Shown: piece by piece, positions 17,110 through 26,500 of the stretch
How the letters are laid out: every line of letters starts with the position of its first letter
Position numbering within the stretch: the first letter of the stretch is position 1
Assembly (NCBI GenBank): GCA_965248435.1
Contig: OZ252100.1
Coordinates: 4,864,001 to 4,928,000 of the forward strand
Origin: Candidatus Latescibacterota bacterium
GTDB lineage: Bacteria > Latescibacterota > UBA2968 > GCA-2709665
Length of the DNA stretch: 64,000 nt
Direction of reading: 5' to 3'
The notes under the pieces: generated by a model
The model's input: the letters and a program-made list of their open reading frames with translations, nothing else
Told to the model about the DNA's origin: nothing
The model's database searches: none
Program-made: the position numbers and the translations under genes

Positions 17110-18653
17110 CATTTAAAGCGGTAGATGTAGATGGAATATCCTGCGCGCGAGATCGGATGGTATTTCGACAGCCAGTCTGTGAGTTCCGGGGCCTTACGGA
17201 AACCGATGAGGTGATGGACGCTCACGGCATAGTACCCGTTGGAAGGCTGCCGGGTGTCTGCTCGAGAGATCGGAATGGAACGGACCCCATAGGCCGGGAA
17301 CGCCTCCGGAGGGACGTTGCCGAAGTAGAGGAGTTTGAGGGGTGAGGCTTCCGGATGGGCCGTCTGCCATTCCGCCAGTGCGGGCAGATCCTGTCCCCAG
17401 TCGATGTTGCTGTCCTCGAGGAGTTGAGGCCCGTGCTCCGGACCGCCGGCAGCGAGATTAAAGTAGGCGAGATGGTGTGGATAGATTCCGAGGGCCGCGA
17501 TCGAGGTCCAGGCAAGCATGACGCAGACGAATCCAGTCATCAATCTGTGTCGCACTCCCGCCAGCGTCAAAGAACAGAACAGGAACAGAAATGGAAAGGC
17601 GGGGAGGATCCGGCGCAGGCCGATGTTGGCCTCGTCGAAGAAAGAGGCGCCTATGATGATGAATGCGGGGAAGAGGAGGTAGAGGGCTGCTTCCCGGTGG
17701 TCCGGGTCACGAAAGGCGAGGACAGTTGACAGGCCGAGCAGGAGGATGATCGGCAGCGGCACTTTTACGAGGAAGGCCGCGATGTGATAGTACCACCAAG
17801 GGTCCTCCGAGACCTGTCCGAACAGGTAGAACTTGTAGCCAGGTGTCGCGGAAGCGTAGAGCTGTCTTATCCCTTCAACATAATAGGCGGGATCGAAGGA
17901 GAGGTTGTATCCGGCAGAGACGCCCAACAGGGCGACGCCTCCGGTTATCAGAAGGCCCTTGATAGAACGAACCCTCTGAGCAGGATGCGTGACGAGACGG
18001 ACGGCAAAGATTCCGAGATAGATCGGGCCGAGCAGGAGTGCCGTGAATTTCGTGAGCAGGGCCAGAGCGGTCACCGCTCCGCAGATGATCCAATCCAGCC
18101 AGCCTTCAGCCCTGAAGGCACGCCAGAGTGCGTAGACAGCGAAGAACACAAAGGCCGTGCATCCCAGGTCTGTCGTGGCCAGTTTCGAGTGGGCGATGAG
18201 GTTGGGTGAGAATGCGGCGATCCAGACCCCGACAAGCGCAGGAACGTGCCCGTAAAGCCGGTTTCCCCAGGAACCGATCGAGAGAATCAGTAAGGCGCCG
18301 AGCAGCAGGACCGGGAGCCTGGCCCGATGCGCGATATCTTGTATCAGGTCGACGTTCTCGGTCAGGAACTGGCGAGCAAACCAGAAGTGATTGCCCTGCG
18401 TCCAGGCCGGGTGATCTGGCCCGGGCTGCCTCAAACCCATCCCAAGGAGCGGGAGGGCCTCGAGTTGCTGCATGAGTGGGGGGGCTTCTGGGTTCAGTCG
18501 GAAGTCGTTACGGGTCAGATAGCTGTATCCAGATGCGATAAAGACGGGCTCGTCCCAGGTAAGGGACTTGCTTGAGCCGCCTAAATAGCCCTGGAGAAAA
18601 AAGATGCAGGCAAGGAGGGCAAAGAACCAGAACGTGATCCTCTTCGTCAACAT
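17109..18653 (-). CDS. GT-C fold (ArnT/PMT, GT39-like) membrane glycosyltransferase
   Basis: TWDEP after TM1, LNPE.PPL, SPNLIAHS.LATTD, ALLTKFT, DSNIDWGQD; many TM helices. Confidence 0.85.
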   Translation of the reverse strand: MLTKRITFWFFALLACIFFLQGYLGGSSKSLTWDEPVFIASGYSYLTRNDFRLNPEAPPLMQQLEALPLLGMGLRQPGPDHPAWTQGNHFWFARQFLTENVDLIQDIAHRARLPVLLLGALLILSIGSWGNRLYGHVPALVGVWIAAFSPNLIAHSKLATTDLGCTAFVFFAVYALWRAFRAEGWLDWIICGAVTALALLTKFTALLLGPIYLGIFAVRLVTHPAQRVRSIKGLLITGGVALLGVSAGYNLSFDPAYYVEGIRQLYASATPGYKFYLFGQVSEDPWWYYHIAAFLVKVPLPIILLLGLSTVLAFRDPDHREAALYLLFPAFIIIGASFFDEANIGLRRILPAFPFLFLFCSLTLAGVRHRLMTGFVCVMLAWTSIAALGIYPHHLAYFNLAAGGPEHGPQLLEDSNIDWGQDLPALAEWQTAHPEASPLKLLYFGNVPPEAFPAYGVRSIPISRADTRQPSNGYYAVSVHHLIGFRKAPELTDWLSKYHPISRAGYSIYIYRFK

Positions 18654-18773
18654 ACCGGGCTTCTTCAAGGGTGATGAAGGGAGGGGGAGTAAGCGTGGCA
18701 ACGCACGGGGAGGTGTGGAGATAAATTTAAGACGCCTTTGCGCAGGGCGCAACGAAGATCAACCTGGCCAACC

Positions 18774-18802
18774 TTGACAAGGCCTGAGACTACAAGTATA
18801 TT
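18774..18802 (+). promoter_or_regulatory. Sigma70 promoter of ssb
   Basis: TTGACA-N17-TATATT. Confidence 0.75.
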
Positions 18803-18890
18803 CCGAACAAATATACACGATCGCATCATCTCCCTCATGATCGTGCCATGATCCCATTCATTTAGGGTTTCTTTTCGCGAGGAGGTCGGT

Positions 18891-19364
18891 ATGGCACGGG
18901 GAGTCAACAAGGTCATTCTCATCGGCAACGTCGGGGCCGATCCGGAGCTTCGGTATACCCCCAGCGGGGCAGCGGTGACAAATTTCAACGTCGCGACGAA
19001 CGAAAGCTGGACGGACAAATCCGGCGAGCGCCAGGATCAGACAGAGTGGCACCGCATCGTGGCCTGGAGCCGCCTCGCTGAGATCTGCAACCAGTACCTA
19101 CGCAAGGGCAGTAAGGTTTACATCGAAGGGCGACTTCAAACGCGGAACTGGGAAGGGCAGGACGGACAAAAGCGGTACACGACGGAAGTGATCGCCCGAG
19201 AGATGCAGATGCTGGATTCCCGCGGGGAAACTTCGGGTGGGCAGGATGGGGGTGCGCCCTATGCTTCGGGACCTGCCGTCCCGGTCGAGTCCCAGTCGGA
19301 TGCGCCATCGACGGACCCGAAGGAGGCGCCTTCCTACAGCCCTGACGACGATTTGCCTTTCTGA
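18891..19364 (+). CDS. ssb: Single-stranded DNA-binding protein
   Basis: [31 protein letters not shown], acidic DDDLPF tail. Confidence 0.98.
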   Translation: MARGVNKVILIGNVGADPELRYTPSGAAVTNFNVATNESWTDKSGERQDQTEWHRIVAWSRLAEICNQYLRKGSKVYIEGRLQTRNWEGQDGQKRYTTEVIAREMQMLDSRGETSGGQDGGAPYASGPAVPVESQSDAPSTDPKEAPSYSPDDDLPF

Positions 19365-19437
19365 TTCGACTGCCCCTCACGAGTTGCTCAACGGCCTGCA
19401 AGTTCTTTGAACCTGCGGGCCGTGCTTGTTGGCCTTA

Positions 19438-20442
19438 TCAAATCGGCTTTTTGGCTTTGATCAGGCTGGATCCATCGGCGAGAATCATCCTTTCACATCG
19501 CACGAACCCCGCTTCGGAAAGCCAAGCCCGGTATTCCTGCTCGGTGTAGGCCTGCCCTTCGTCATACAGATTCAGAAAGACGATATTGAAGGCCGCGGCA
19601 TGTTTTGGAGAGATGCGGTCGTTGTCGAGGATGCCTGCGCCAAGTATGAGGATCGTGCCTCCAGGCGTGATGGCCCTACTGACGTGGCAAATGACCTTTT
19701 GAGCCTCATCCGGAGAAAGGGTCTGAAGTATCGCTTTCAGGACCGCCACATCAAACGCGCCTGCCGGAGCTTGGTGGACGACATCACAAGCCTCGACGCG
19801 GACCCTGTTTGATGATCCGGCGTTTTGTATGAATCGTTTTGCGATCGGTGCAACCGCCGGGAGGTCCACCACAGTCGCCTGGAGGCCGGGACAGGCTTCC
19901 GTGACGCCAATGGCCAGTCCTCCGGTCCCACCACCCACATCCAGCAGCTTCTTGCAGCTCTCGAAACTGTGCTTTTGGGCCAGATCACGACCTGTTTCTA
20001 CTGATTCCTCGTGTAGACAGCCCAGGAATGCCTCCAGTTCTTCGGGAGATACTTTCGAGGGATCGTGTCTGTCCTGAGGGAGTCCCGATCGGATGGACTC
20101 TGCCGTTCCGAGCGCTGCTGCCCACAACCGGTGCAGGAGCTTGTGTGAGCCTCCAACGTATGAGGGGCGGGTGGACACCAGGTATCGGTCTGCCTCAGGG
20201 CTGTTGGAGAACCGGTCTCCTTCAAGACACAACAGTTCAGTGGCCACAAGGGAATACAGGAGCGGGGTGAGTTTCCCTGTCTTTACATCCAGGGCACCGG
20301 CGATCTGACCTGCGGTCAGGGGCCCGTCCTTCAGGGATGTGAAGAGATCGAGCTGCAGGGCGGCAAGGGCCGCGAATGAGGGGTAGACGGCCCTTGAGAG
20401 CCTATCGAGGATATCGGGCTGCGGGCGCGGATCTTGATCCAT
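19438..20442 (-). CDS. SAM-dependent O-methyltransferase with N-terminal dimerisation domain
   Basis: A.QLDLF..L..GPLT, LLDVGGGTG, VVDLP.V motifs. Confidence 0.9.
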   Translation of the reverse strand: MDQDPRPQPDILDRLSRAVYPSFAALAALQLDLFTSLKDGPLTAGQIAGALDVKTGKLTPLLYSLVATELLCLEGDRFSNSPEADRYLVSTRPSYVGGSHKLLHRLWAAALGTAESIRSGLPQDRHDPSKVSPEELEAFLGCLHEESVETGRDLAQKHSFESCKKLLDVGGGTGGLAIGVTEACPGLQATVVDLPAVAPIAKRFIQNAGSSNRVRVEACDVVHQAPAGAFDVAVLKAILQTLSPDEAQKVICHVSRAITPGGTILILGAGILDNDRISPKHAAAFNIVFLNLYDEGQAYTEQEYRAWLSEAGFVRCERMILADGSSLIKAKKPI

Positions 20443-20483
20443 ATCAGGGCATCCTGCCTGGCGAAGGAAATATTTCCAGAGTC

Positions 20484-20511
20484 TAAAGACTGAACCCTGG
20501 ATTGCCGAAAC
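20484..20511 (+). promoter_or_regulatory. Sigma28-type promoter
   Basis: TAAA-N16-GCCGAAAC, about 40 nt upstream of a YjfB-like ORF. Confidence 0.65.
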
Positions 20512-20548
20512 TAACTACATACAGTGAGGGAAGCACGTCAAATAGGGG

Positions 20549-20731
20549 GTGATGAAGATGTCGGCCTCAATCCAGGGAATGGGTGTAGCCCTTCCAAACT
20601 TGGCGTTTACTCTTATTTTGAAATCGGTCCAAGAGGCACCTGCGGTGCCCCGTTCCCAGTCTGAAAATCTTGAAACGCAAGCGCCGGCAACCCTTGTCGA
20701 CTCTCATCATCAGATCGATGTAAAGGCCTAG
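20549..20731 (+). CDS. YjfB-like (putative motility) microprotein
   Basis: 60 aa (start may be the ATG at 20552 or 20558), ends QIDVKA; sigma28 box upstream and terminator downstream. Confidence 0.6.
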   Translation: MMKMSASIQGMGVALPNLAFTLILKSVQEAPAVPRSQSENLETQAPATLVDSHHQIDVKA

Positions 20732-20768
20732 CCAAAAACTTACACGGACGTGCGTGCCTTTGCTAGTG

Positions 20769-20803
20769 AAAAGGCCCCCATCCTGATTGGATGGGGGCCT
20801 TTC
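20769..20803 (+). terminator. Rho-independent terminator
   Basis: AAAGGCCCCCATCC/GGATGGGGGCCTTT stem. Confidence 0.85.
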
Positions 20804-20828
20804 GCTGTGATACAAGGTTCGCTATGAT

Positions 20829-20990
20829 TGACGGCGAACAGCGGACCGCAGCCGTGAGGTAGAGGGGAAGCTATCCTTGACCGCAGACCGCAGACCACGG
20901 CGAAACACGAAGAATCACGACAATCATCTCGCGGTCTGCCGTCCGCCGTCTGCCTTCAAGCGGTCAGCGGTCTGTCGTCTGCGGTCGGCC
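20829..20990. repeat. Heptamer-periodic palindromic repeat (GACCGCA.../...TGCGGTC)
   Basis: GACCGCAGACCGCAGAC arms complementary to GTCTGCGGTC arms; related copy at 61829-61915. Confidence 0.7.
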
Positions 20991-21200
20991 TTATGCCGTG
21001 AGGTCCACCTGCTTTCCTCTCTCCATGAGGGTGAGGACGGGGATGCTCGAGGCGAGTTCCATCCGCGGGGCAGAGAAGTCCCGCGGCTCGACTCGAAATG
21101 TGGTTACCTCCTCAATCAGGCGAGTCGTCTCCTCGAGGAGCTGCAGCGCGGTTCTGCCGGAGCCCGTGTGCAACCCGGATACGATTGGATTGAGGTTCAA
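20991..21200 (-). CDS. Second YjfB-like microprotein
   Basis: 69 aa with ALQLL and C-terminal GKQVDLTA; GGGGGA before the TTG start. Confidence 0.55.
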   Translation of the reverse strand: MNLNPIVSGLHTGSGRTALQLLEETTRLIEEVTTFRVEPRDFSAPRMELASSIPVLTLMERGKQVDLTA

Positions 21201-21339
21201 AGGAAATCCCCCAAAGTGGTGAATTAGTAAACGCTATTGCAAAAAGGATCGCTTCCCCAAAGAGGGGCGCTGATTCAGGCTGGCCAAGCCTTCGGTAACG
21301 ACCTATTTTGTCCAGATCGAACGGACCCGTTCACTCGTA

Positions 21340-22548
21340 ATGAAGGTGCATCCAGTCGTGACCCAACTCCGCATTGGCGTCCTTGGCCTCCGCCGGGGTC
21401 TGACGCACTTCGTCAACCTGCTTTCCCTCGAAGAGGTAGACCTGGTCGGGGCCTGTGACCGTTTTCCCGCGAAGCGCGAACAGGCCCAAGTCCACGCTGA
21501 CCGGGGTGATGCGAAAGCGCGGATCGTCCCCGAGTTCGAGGACCTCCTGGGCATGGACCTGGACGCGGTCGTGATCGCGAGCAACGGCAAACTCCAGGTC
21601 GAACACGCGTGTGCCGCGATGGAAGCCGGCTGTCACGTCCTTTCGGAGGTTCCCGGAGCATACACCCAGGATGAGTTGGTTCGGTTGAAAGAGACCGTAG
21701 AACGAACTGAAAAGACGTACATGCTGGCCGAAAACGCGTGTTACAACGACTTTCTCAAGTACTGGAGAAAATGGGTCCTGAACGACCGATTCGGTCCGAT
21801 CTCGATCGCAGAAGGAGAATACCTTCATTATCTCCCGCAGACGCTCTTCTTACCCGATGGTGAGCGTCTCTCGCCGCGTGAAGCTGCGGCCGCCGGCGAG
21901 ACAGACACGAGACCGATCTGGCGTGCGGACCAGCCGCCCATACAGTATCTCACTCACGATCTGGGTCCGCTCCTCGAGATCCTGGATGACCGATGCGTTT
22001 CGGTGACCTGTATGAGCGCCCCCTGGCACAGCAAGGAGGCACCGCTGAGATCCGACGGTCAGATCGCGCTGTTTCAAACTCAGAAGGGCACCCTGATCAA
22101 GATCATGGTGACCCTGAACAGTCCACGTCCTTCCGAGCACCGGTACCGTCTCTTCGGCGTCGAGGGAGGCGTGGAGTGGTTCTTCTACGAAAAGTTCGGG
22201 CGCTATTTCGGTCCAGAGATCCCGGAAGAGGAGGGTTGGATGACGGTCTCCATCGGCAAATCCTCGATGGACGACGACCCCTCTACCGGACACGGCGGGA
22301 CGGACCTGAAAACGGTTCGCCACTTCGTCGAGACTCTTCTCGAGGGCCGGGCTTCTCCCATCGACGTCGACCGTACGATCGAGTATGCACTCCCCGGAAT
22401 CATCGCTGCTGAATCGGCCGAAAACGGGGGTGTGCCGCTGCAGATTCCCGATCTTCGCCGCGAGCCGTTTACCGGCTCCCGATTCTGGGAGTCGATCGAT
22501 CTCCCGGAGGATGAGCCGGATTCCGCTCCATATCAGCCGCCAGGATGA
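21340..22548 (+). CDS. Gfo/Idh/MocA family oxidoreductase
   Basis: LRIGVLG, DAVVIAS, G.HVLSEVP, YMLAEN, EGEYLH, GHGGTD. Confidence 0.9.
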   Translation: MKVHPVVTQLRIGVLGLRRGLTHFVNLLSLEEVDLVGACDRFPAKREQAQVHADRGDAKARIVPEFEDLLGMDLDAVVIASNGKLQVEHACAAMEAGCHVLSEVPGAYTQDELVRLKETVERTEKTYMLAENACYNDFLKYWRKWVLNDRFGPISIAEGEYLHYLPQTLFLPDGERLSPREAAAAGETDTRPIWRADQPPIQYLTHDLGPLLEILDDRCVSVTCMSAPWHSKEAPLRSDGQIALFQTQKGTLIKIMVTLNSPRPSEHRYRLFGVEGGVEWFFYEKFGRYFGPEIPEEEGWMTVSIGKSSMDDDPSTGHGGTDLKTVRHFVETLLEGRASPIDVDRTIEYALPGIIAAESAENGGVPLQIPDLRREPFTGSRFWESIDLPEDEPDSAPYQPPG

Positions 22549-22725
22549 ACGGACTGCGTCGTGCGTTCGGACAAACCGCACCTGTTCATACATATCGACA
22601 CAATTCCCCACCGGATGAATGCTCCTCGGCTTGAAATCGCACTCGGAACGAAGAAATGCGGCCCCCCCCTCCGCAAGCGAGTGAGAAATAGGCAAATACA
22701 GAATTCTTCAGACCCTAACAAAGGC

Positions 22726-22753
22726 TTGACTCCCGGTTACATTCCTTTATATT
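22726..22753 (+). promoter_or_regulatory. Sigma70-like promoter of the ACIII operon
   Basis: TTGACT-N16-TATATT. Confidence 0.55.
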
Positions 22754-22874
22754 TCAGCGCTTTTTTTCCAGCTCAGGGGGGCAAGTCGTTTTCGGAGATG
22801 CCAATTCGCCAGTTCTCGCCCGCGCATCTCCTTTTTTGTCTCCTCCGTCATAACGACCCCGACCAGGTGTCTCG

Positions 22875-23525
22875 ATGCCACAGATTTTTCATCGCAGCAC
22901 CAACACCCTTTCAAGAGTGAGCATCTTTGGTGCTGTCTTCTTCCTGGCCGGACTTTTGTGGTTCCTCGTTATCCTGAACCGCTCCTCCTACGTTACCCAG
23001 GCCGAGGTCCCGCGCGCGCAGCCCGTGCCCTTCAGCCACAAGCATCACGTGACCGGGATCGGGATCGATTGTCGTTATTGCCATACCTCTGTTGAAGAAT
23101 CCTCATTTGCCGGCATCCCTCCGACAGAGACCTGCATGACCTGCCACTCACAGATCTGGGCCGACAGTCCGATGCTTGAACCGGTGCGGGAGAGCTTCCG
23201 CACCGGCAAGCCAATCGAATGGATCCGCGTTCACGACCTGCCCGATTTTGTCTACTTCAACCACAGCATCCACGTTCACAAAGGTGTCGGCTGCAAGACC
23301 TGTCACGGCCCTGTCGATCAGATGCCGCTCGTCTGGAAATCAGAGACATTGAACATGGAATGGTGCCTGGAGTGCCACAGGGAGCCGGAGCGCTTTGTGA
23401 GACCGCGCGAGGAGGTCTTTAATATGGCGTGGGAACCGCCCGCCGATCGGAGATCGCTTGGTCTTCAACTCGTAAAGGCCAACAGGATTGAGAGTCTAAC
23501 CTACTGCTCAGTGTGTCACCGATGA
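22875..23525 (+). CDS. actA: Alternative complex III pentaheme cytochrome c
   Basis: N-terminal TM helix; five CxxCH motifs (CRYCH, CMTCH, CKTCH, CLECH, CSVCH); QPVPFSHKHH. Confidence 0.93.
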   Translation: MPQIFHRSTNTLSRVSIFGAVFFLAGLLWFLVILNRSSYVTQAEVPRAQPVPFSHKHHVTGIGIDCRYCHTSVEESSFAGIPPTETCMTCHSQIWADSPMLEPVRESFRTGKPIEWIRVHDLPDFVYFNHSIHVHKGVGCKTCHGPVDQMPLVWKSETLNMEWCLECHREPERFVRPREEVFNMAWEPPADRRSLGLQLVKANRIESLTYCSVCHR

Positions 23526-26500
23526 AAGATTCCCAGAAGAGACCGTGGATGGACGACAAACTGATTCGCGAGCGCGTAGGGAACAAAAGCGGCCGCGACT
23601 ACTGGAGATCCCTGGATGAGCTGGCGGACTCGAAGGCGTTCCGGGATCTTCTTCACCGAGAGTTCCCGGAAGGGGCGTCGGAATGGAATGACGGCGTCGG
23701 TCGGCGGGAGTTTCTCAAGGTGATGGGGGCATCGCTCGCCCTGGCCGGGATGACGTCGTGTACATCACAACCGGTTGAAAAAATCCTGCCCTATGTGCGC
23801 GCTCCGGAAGATGTTGTGCCCGGTAGACCTCAGTTCTTCGCTTCCGCCACGACACTCGGAGGGTTTGCCAACGGCGTGCTTGTCGAGAGTCATATGGGGC
23901 GGCCGACGAAGATCGAGGGGAATCCGGAACATCCCTCCAGCCTGGGTTCGACAGATGTCTTTTCTTTGGCGTCGGTGTTGACGCTTTACGATCCCGACCG
24001 ATCTCAGGTCGTGCATCACGCGGGGCGGATCGCCACCTGGGGCGGCTTTCTGGATGCGGTGACGAAGGATCTCGCCAATCAAGAGATCAGTAACGGGGCC
24101 GGGCTCCGGGTGCTTACAGAAACGGTGACTTCTCCCACGCTCGCTCGGCAGCTCGAAGCGCTGCGTGAGCGGTTCCCTCAGTCCAGGTGGCATCAGTTCG
24201 AGCCGGTCGATCGTGATGCAGAGCGCGCGGGTGCCCGTCTCGCGTTCGGCGAGGATGTCGCGACGCGCTACCGGTTCGACCAGGCCAGGGTGATCCTTTC
24301 CCTGGATGCGGATTTCCTCACGTGCGGGCCGGGCAGTCTGGCCTACGCCCGTGCGTTCGCTTCCGGGCGTAGGGCGGAAGGGGCGATGAACAGGCTCTAC
24401 GCCGTGGAATCCTCCCCGAGCAATACCGGAGGGATGGCGGATCACCGGCTGACGCTCACCGCCGGTGAAATCGAGGGTTTCGCGCGCGCGGTTGCGAGCC
24501 GGCTGGGAATCGAAGCGGGTCCGGATGAGTCAGCAGATCACGAGACGTGGATCGCCGCACTCGTCCGGGACCTGAAGCGGCACCCTGGCGCCTGTGTCGT
24601 CGTCGCCGGCCAGCAGCAGCCGCCAGAGGTGCACGCACTCGCCCACGCCATGAATCACGCGCTCGGGAACGTGGGCGAGACGGTCGTCTACACGGATCCT
24701 GTGGAAGAAAGCCCGACAGACCACGCGCAGTCTCTGAGGGACCTCGTGGATGACATGGCTGCGGGCCGCGTTGAGCTGCTGTTGATCCTGGGCGGAAACC
24801 CGGCATTCACCGCGCACGCGGATCTCGCGTTTGCGGACCGGCTCTCGGACGTGAAGACGAGCGTCCACCTCAGCCTTTACGATGATGAGACGTCGAAGCT
24901 TTGCCACTGGCACGTCCCGGAGGCGCATCCTCTTGAGGCCTGGAGCGATGCGAAGGCTTTCGAGGGTAGCGTCAGCATCATCCAGCCGCTGATCGAACCG
25001 CTCTACGGTGGCCGCTCCGTTCACGAAGTGGCGTCCGTCTTCACGGGGCAGGCCGGGCGGTCCGGCTACGATATCGTCCGGGAGACCTGGAAGGGCCGCG
25101 ATTCCGGAGGCGATTTCGAACGATTCTGGCGGCGGTCTCTGCACGACGGTTATGTCGCCGGTAGTTCGCTGCCGCCAAAGAAGGTTTCCCTGAAGGGCAA
25201 GATCGGGGCTCAAGCCCGCCGCTCGAAGACGGTTAGCGGACTGGAGGTCATCTTCCGTCCCGATCCAACGGTCTGGGACGGTCGCTTTTCGAACAACGGC
25301 TGGCTTCAAGAGCTGCCGAAGCCAGTGACCCGGCTGACTTGGGACAACGCGGCCCTGATGAGTGTCGCGACCGCAGAGCGGCTGGGTCTTCAGAACGAAG
25401 AGGTGGTGGACCTCGGCTACCGGGGAAGGAGCGTGAAGGCCCCCGTCTGGATCGTCCCGGGACATCCCGCCGATTCGGTCACGCTCCATCTGGGATACGG
25501 GAGGACGGCAGCAGGCAGACTCGGCAGCGGAGCCGGATTCAACGCGAACGCCCTGCGGACCTCGGACGCGCCGTGGTTCGGCCGTGGCCTGGAGGTCAGC
25601 AAGACCGGCGAGCATCAGGAGCTGGCGTGCACGCAGGAACATAGCAGCATGGAAGGAAGACACCTCATTCGTGAGGGGACCGCGGAGGAATATCAGAAGA
25701 ATCCTGCGTTCGTTTCCGAGATGGGTCACGATCCGGACCCCGACCTCACGCTCTACGACCCGGAGGAACATCAGTCGTCGGAAGGGTATGCGTGGGGGAT
25801 GGCCATCGATCTGAACGCGTGCACAGGATGCAACGGATGCACGATTGCGTGTCAGTCGGAAAACAACATCCCCGTGGTCGGGAGGCGGGAAGTGATGAAC
25901 GGAAGGGAGATGCACTGGATTCGGGTCGATCGCTATTTCGAGGGAGATATGGAAACCCCAGAGATGGTTCATCAACCTGTCCCCTGCATGCATTGTGAGG
26001 ATGCCCCCTGTGAACTGGTCTGCCCCGTCGCGGCGACGGTCCACAGCGACGAGGGGCTGAACGAAATGGTCTACAACCGGTGCGTCGGGACGCGTTACTG
26101 TTCGAACAACTGCCCCTACAAGGTGAGGCGGTTCAACTTCTTTCAGTACGCCGACGAGGAGACGCCCAGCCTGAAGCTCTTGCAGAATCCCGATGTGACG
26201 ATTCGGGCGCGCGGGGTGATGGAGAAGTGCACCTACTGCGTGCAGCGGATCAACTCCGCCCGGATCACGGCCAAGATGGAAGATCGCGAGATACAGGACG
26301 GTGACATCCTCACGGCCTGTCAGGCGGCGTGTCCCACGGAGGCGATCGTCTTCGGCAACATCAACGACCCGAACAGCCGCGTCTCCAGGATGAAATCGGA
26401 GCCCCGCAACTACGGGCTGCTCACAGAATTGAACACCAAACCCCGGACGACGTACCTGGCCCGGCTCAGAAACCCAAACCCCGAGATCGAACATGGCTAG
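23522..26500 (+). CDS. actB: ACIII molybdopterin-oxidoreductase-like / Fe-S fusion subunit
   Basis: YWRSL.EL, Tat motif RREFLK, GRPTKIEGNP.HP; C-terminal CTGCNGC, CMHC..APC..VCP, CVGTRYCSNNCP, KCTYC clusters. Confidence 0.95.
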   Translation: MKDSQKRPWMDDKLIRERVGNKSGRDYWRSLDELADSKAFRDLLHREFPEGASEWNDGVGRREFLKVMGASLALAGMTSCTSQPVEKILPYVRAPEDVVPGRPQFFASATTLGGFANGVLVESHMGRPTKIEGNPEHPSSLGSTDVFSLASVLTLYDPDRSQVVHHAGRIATWGGFLDAVTKDLANQEISNGAGLRVLTETVTSPTLARQLEALRERFPQSRWHQFEPVDRDAERAGARLAFGEDVATRYRFDQARVILSLDADFLTCGPGSLAYARAFASGRRAEGAMNRLYAVESSPSNTGGMADHRLTLTAGEIEGFARAVASRLGIEAGPDESADHETWIAALVRDLKRHPGACVVVAGQQQPPEVHALAHAMNHALGNVGETVVYTDPVEESPTDHAQSLRDLVDDMAAGRVELLLILGGNPAFTAHADLAFADRLSDVKTSVHLSLYDDETSKLCHWHVPEAHPLEAWSDAKAFEGSVSIIQPLIEPLYGGRSVHEVASVFTGQAGRSGYDIVRETWKGRDSGGDFERFWRRSLHDGYVAGSSLPPKKVSLKGKIGAQARRSKTVSGLEVIFRPDPTVWDGRFSNNGWLQELPKPVTRLTWDNAALMSVATAERLGLQNEEVVDLGYRGRSVKAPVWIVPGHPADSVTLHLGYGRTAAGRLGSGAGFNANALRTSDAPWFGRGLEVSKTGEHQELACTQEHSSMEGRHLIREGTAEEYQKNPAFVSEMGHDPDPDLTLYDPEEHQSSEGYAWGMAIDLNACTGCNGCTIACQSENNIPVVGRREVMNGREMHWIRVDRYFEGDMETPEMVHQPVPCMHCEDAPCELVCPVAATVHSDEGLNEMVYNRCVGTRYCSNNCPYKVRRFNFFQYADEETPSLKLLQNPDVTIRARGVMEKCTYCVQRINSARITAKMEDREIQDGDILTACQAACPTEAIVFGNINDPNSRVSRMKSEPRNYGLLTELNTKPRTTYLARLRNPNPEIEHG

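Noticed and set aside
18803-18820. LexA box after the ssb promoter (CGAACAAATATAC)
   Set aside because: Only one half-site matches GAAC-N4-GTTC, which is too weak without knowing the lineage's motif.
21236-21256. Sigma54 promoter for the 20991-21200 ORF
   Set aside because: The TTGCA -12 element is present, but the -24 position reads GC instead of the invariant GG.
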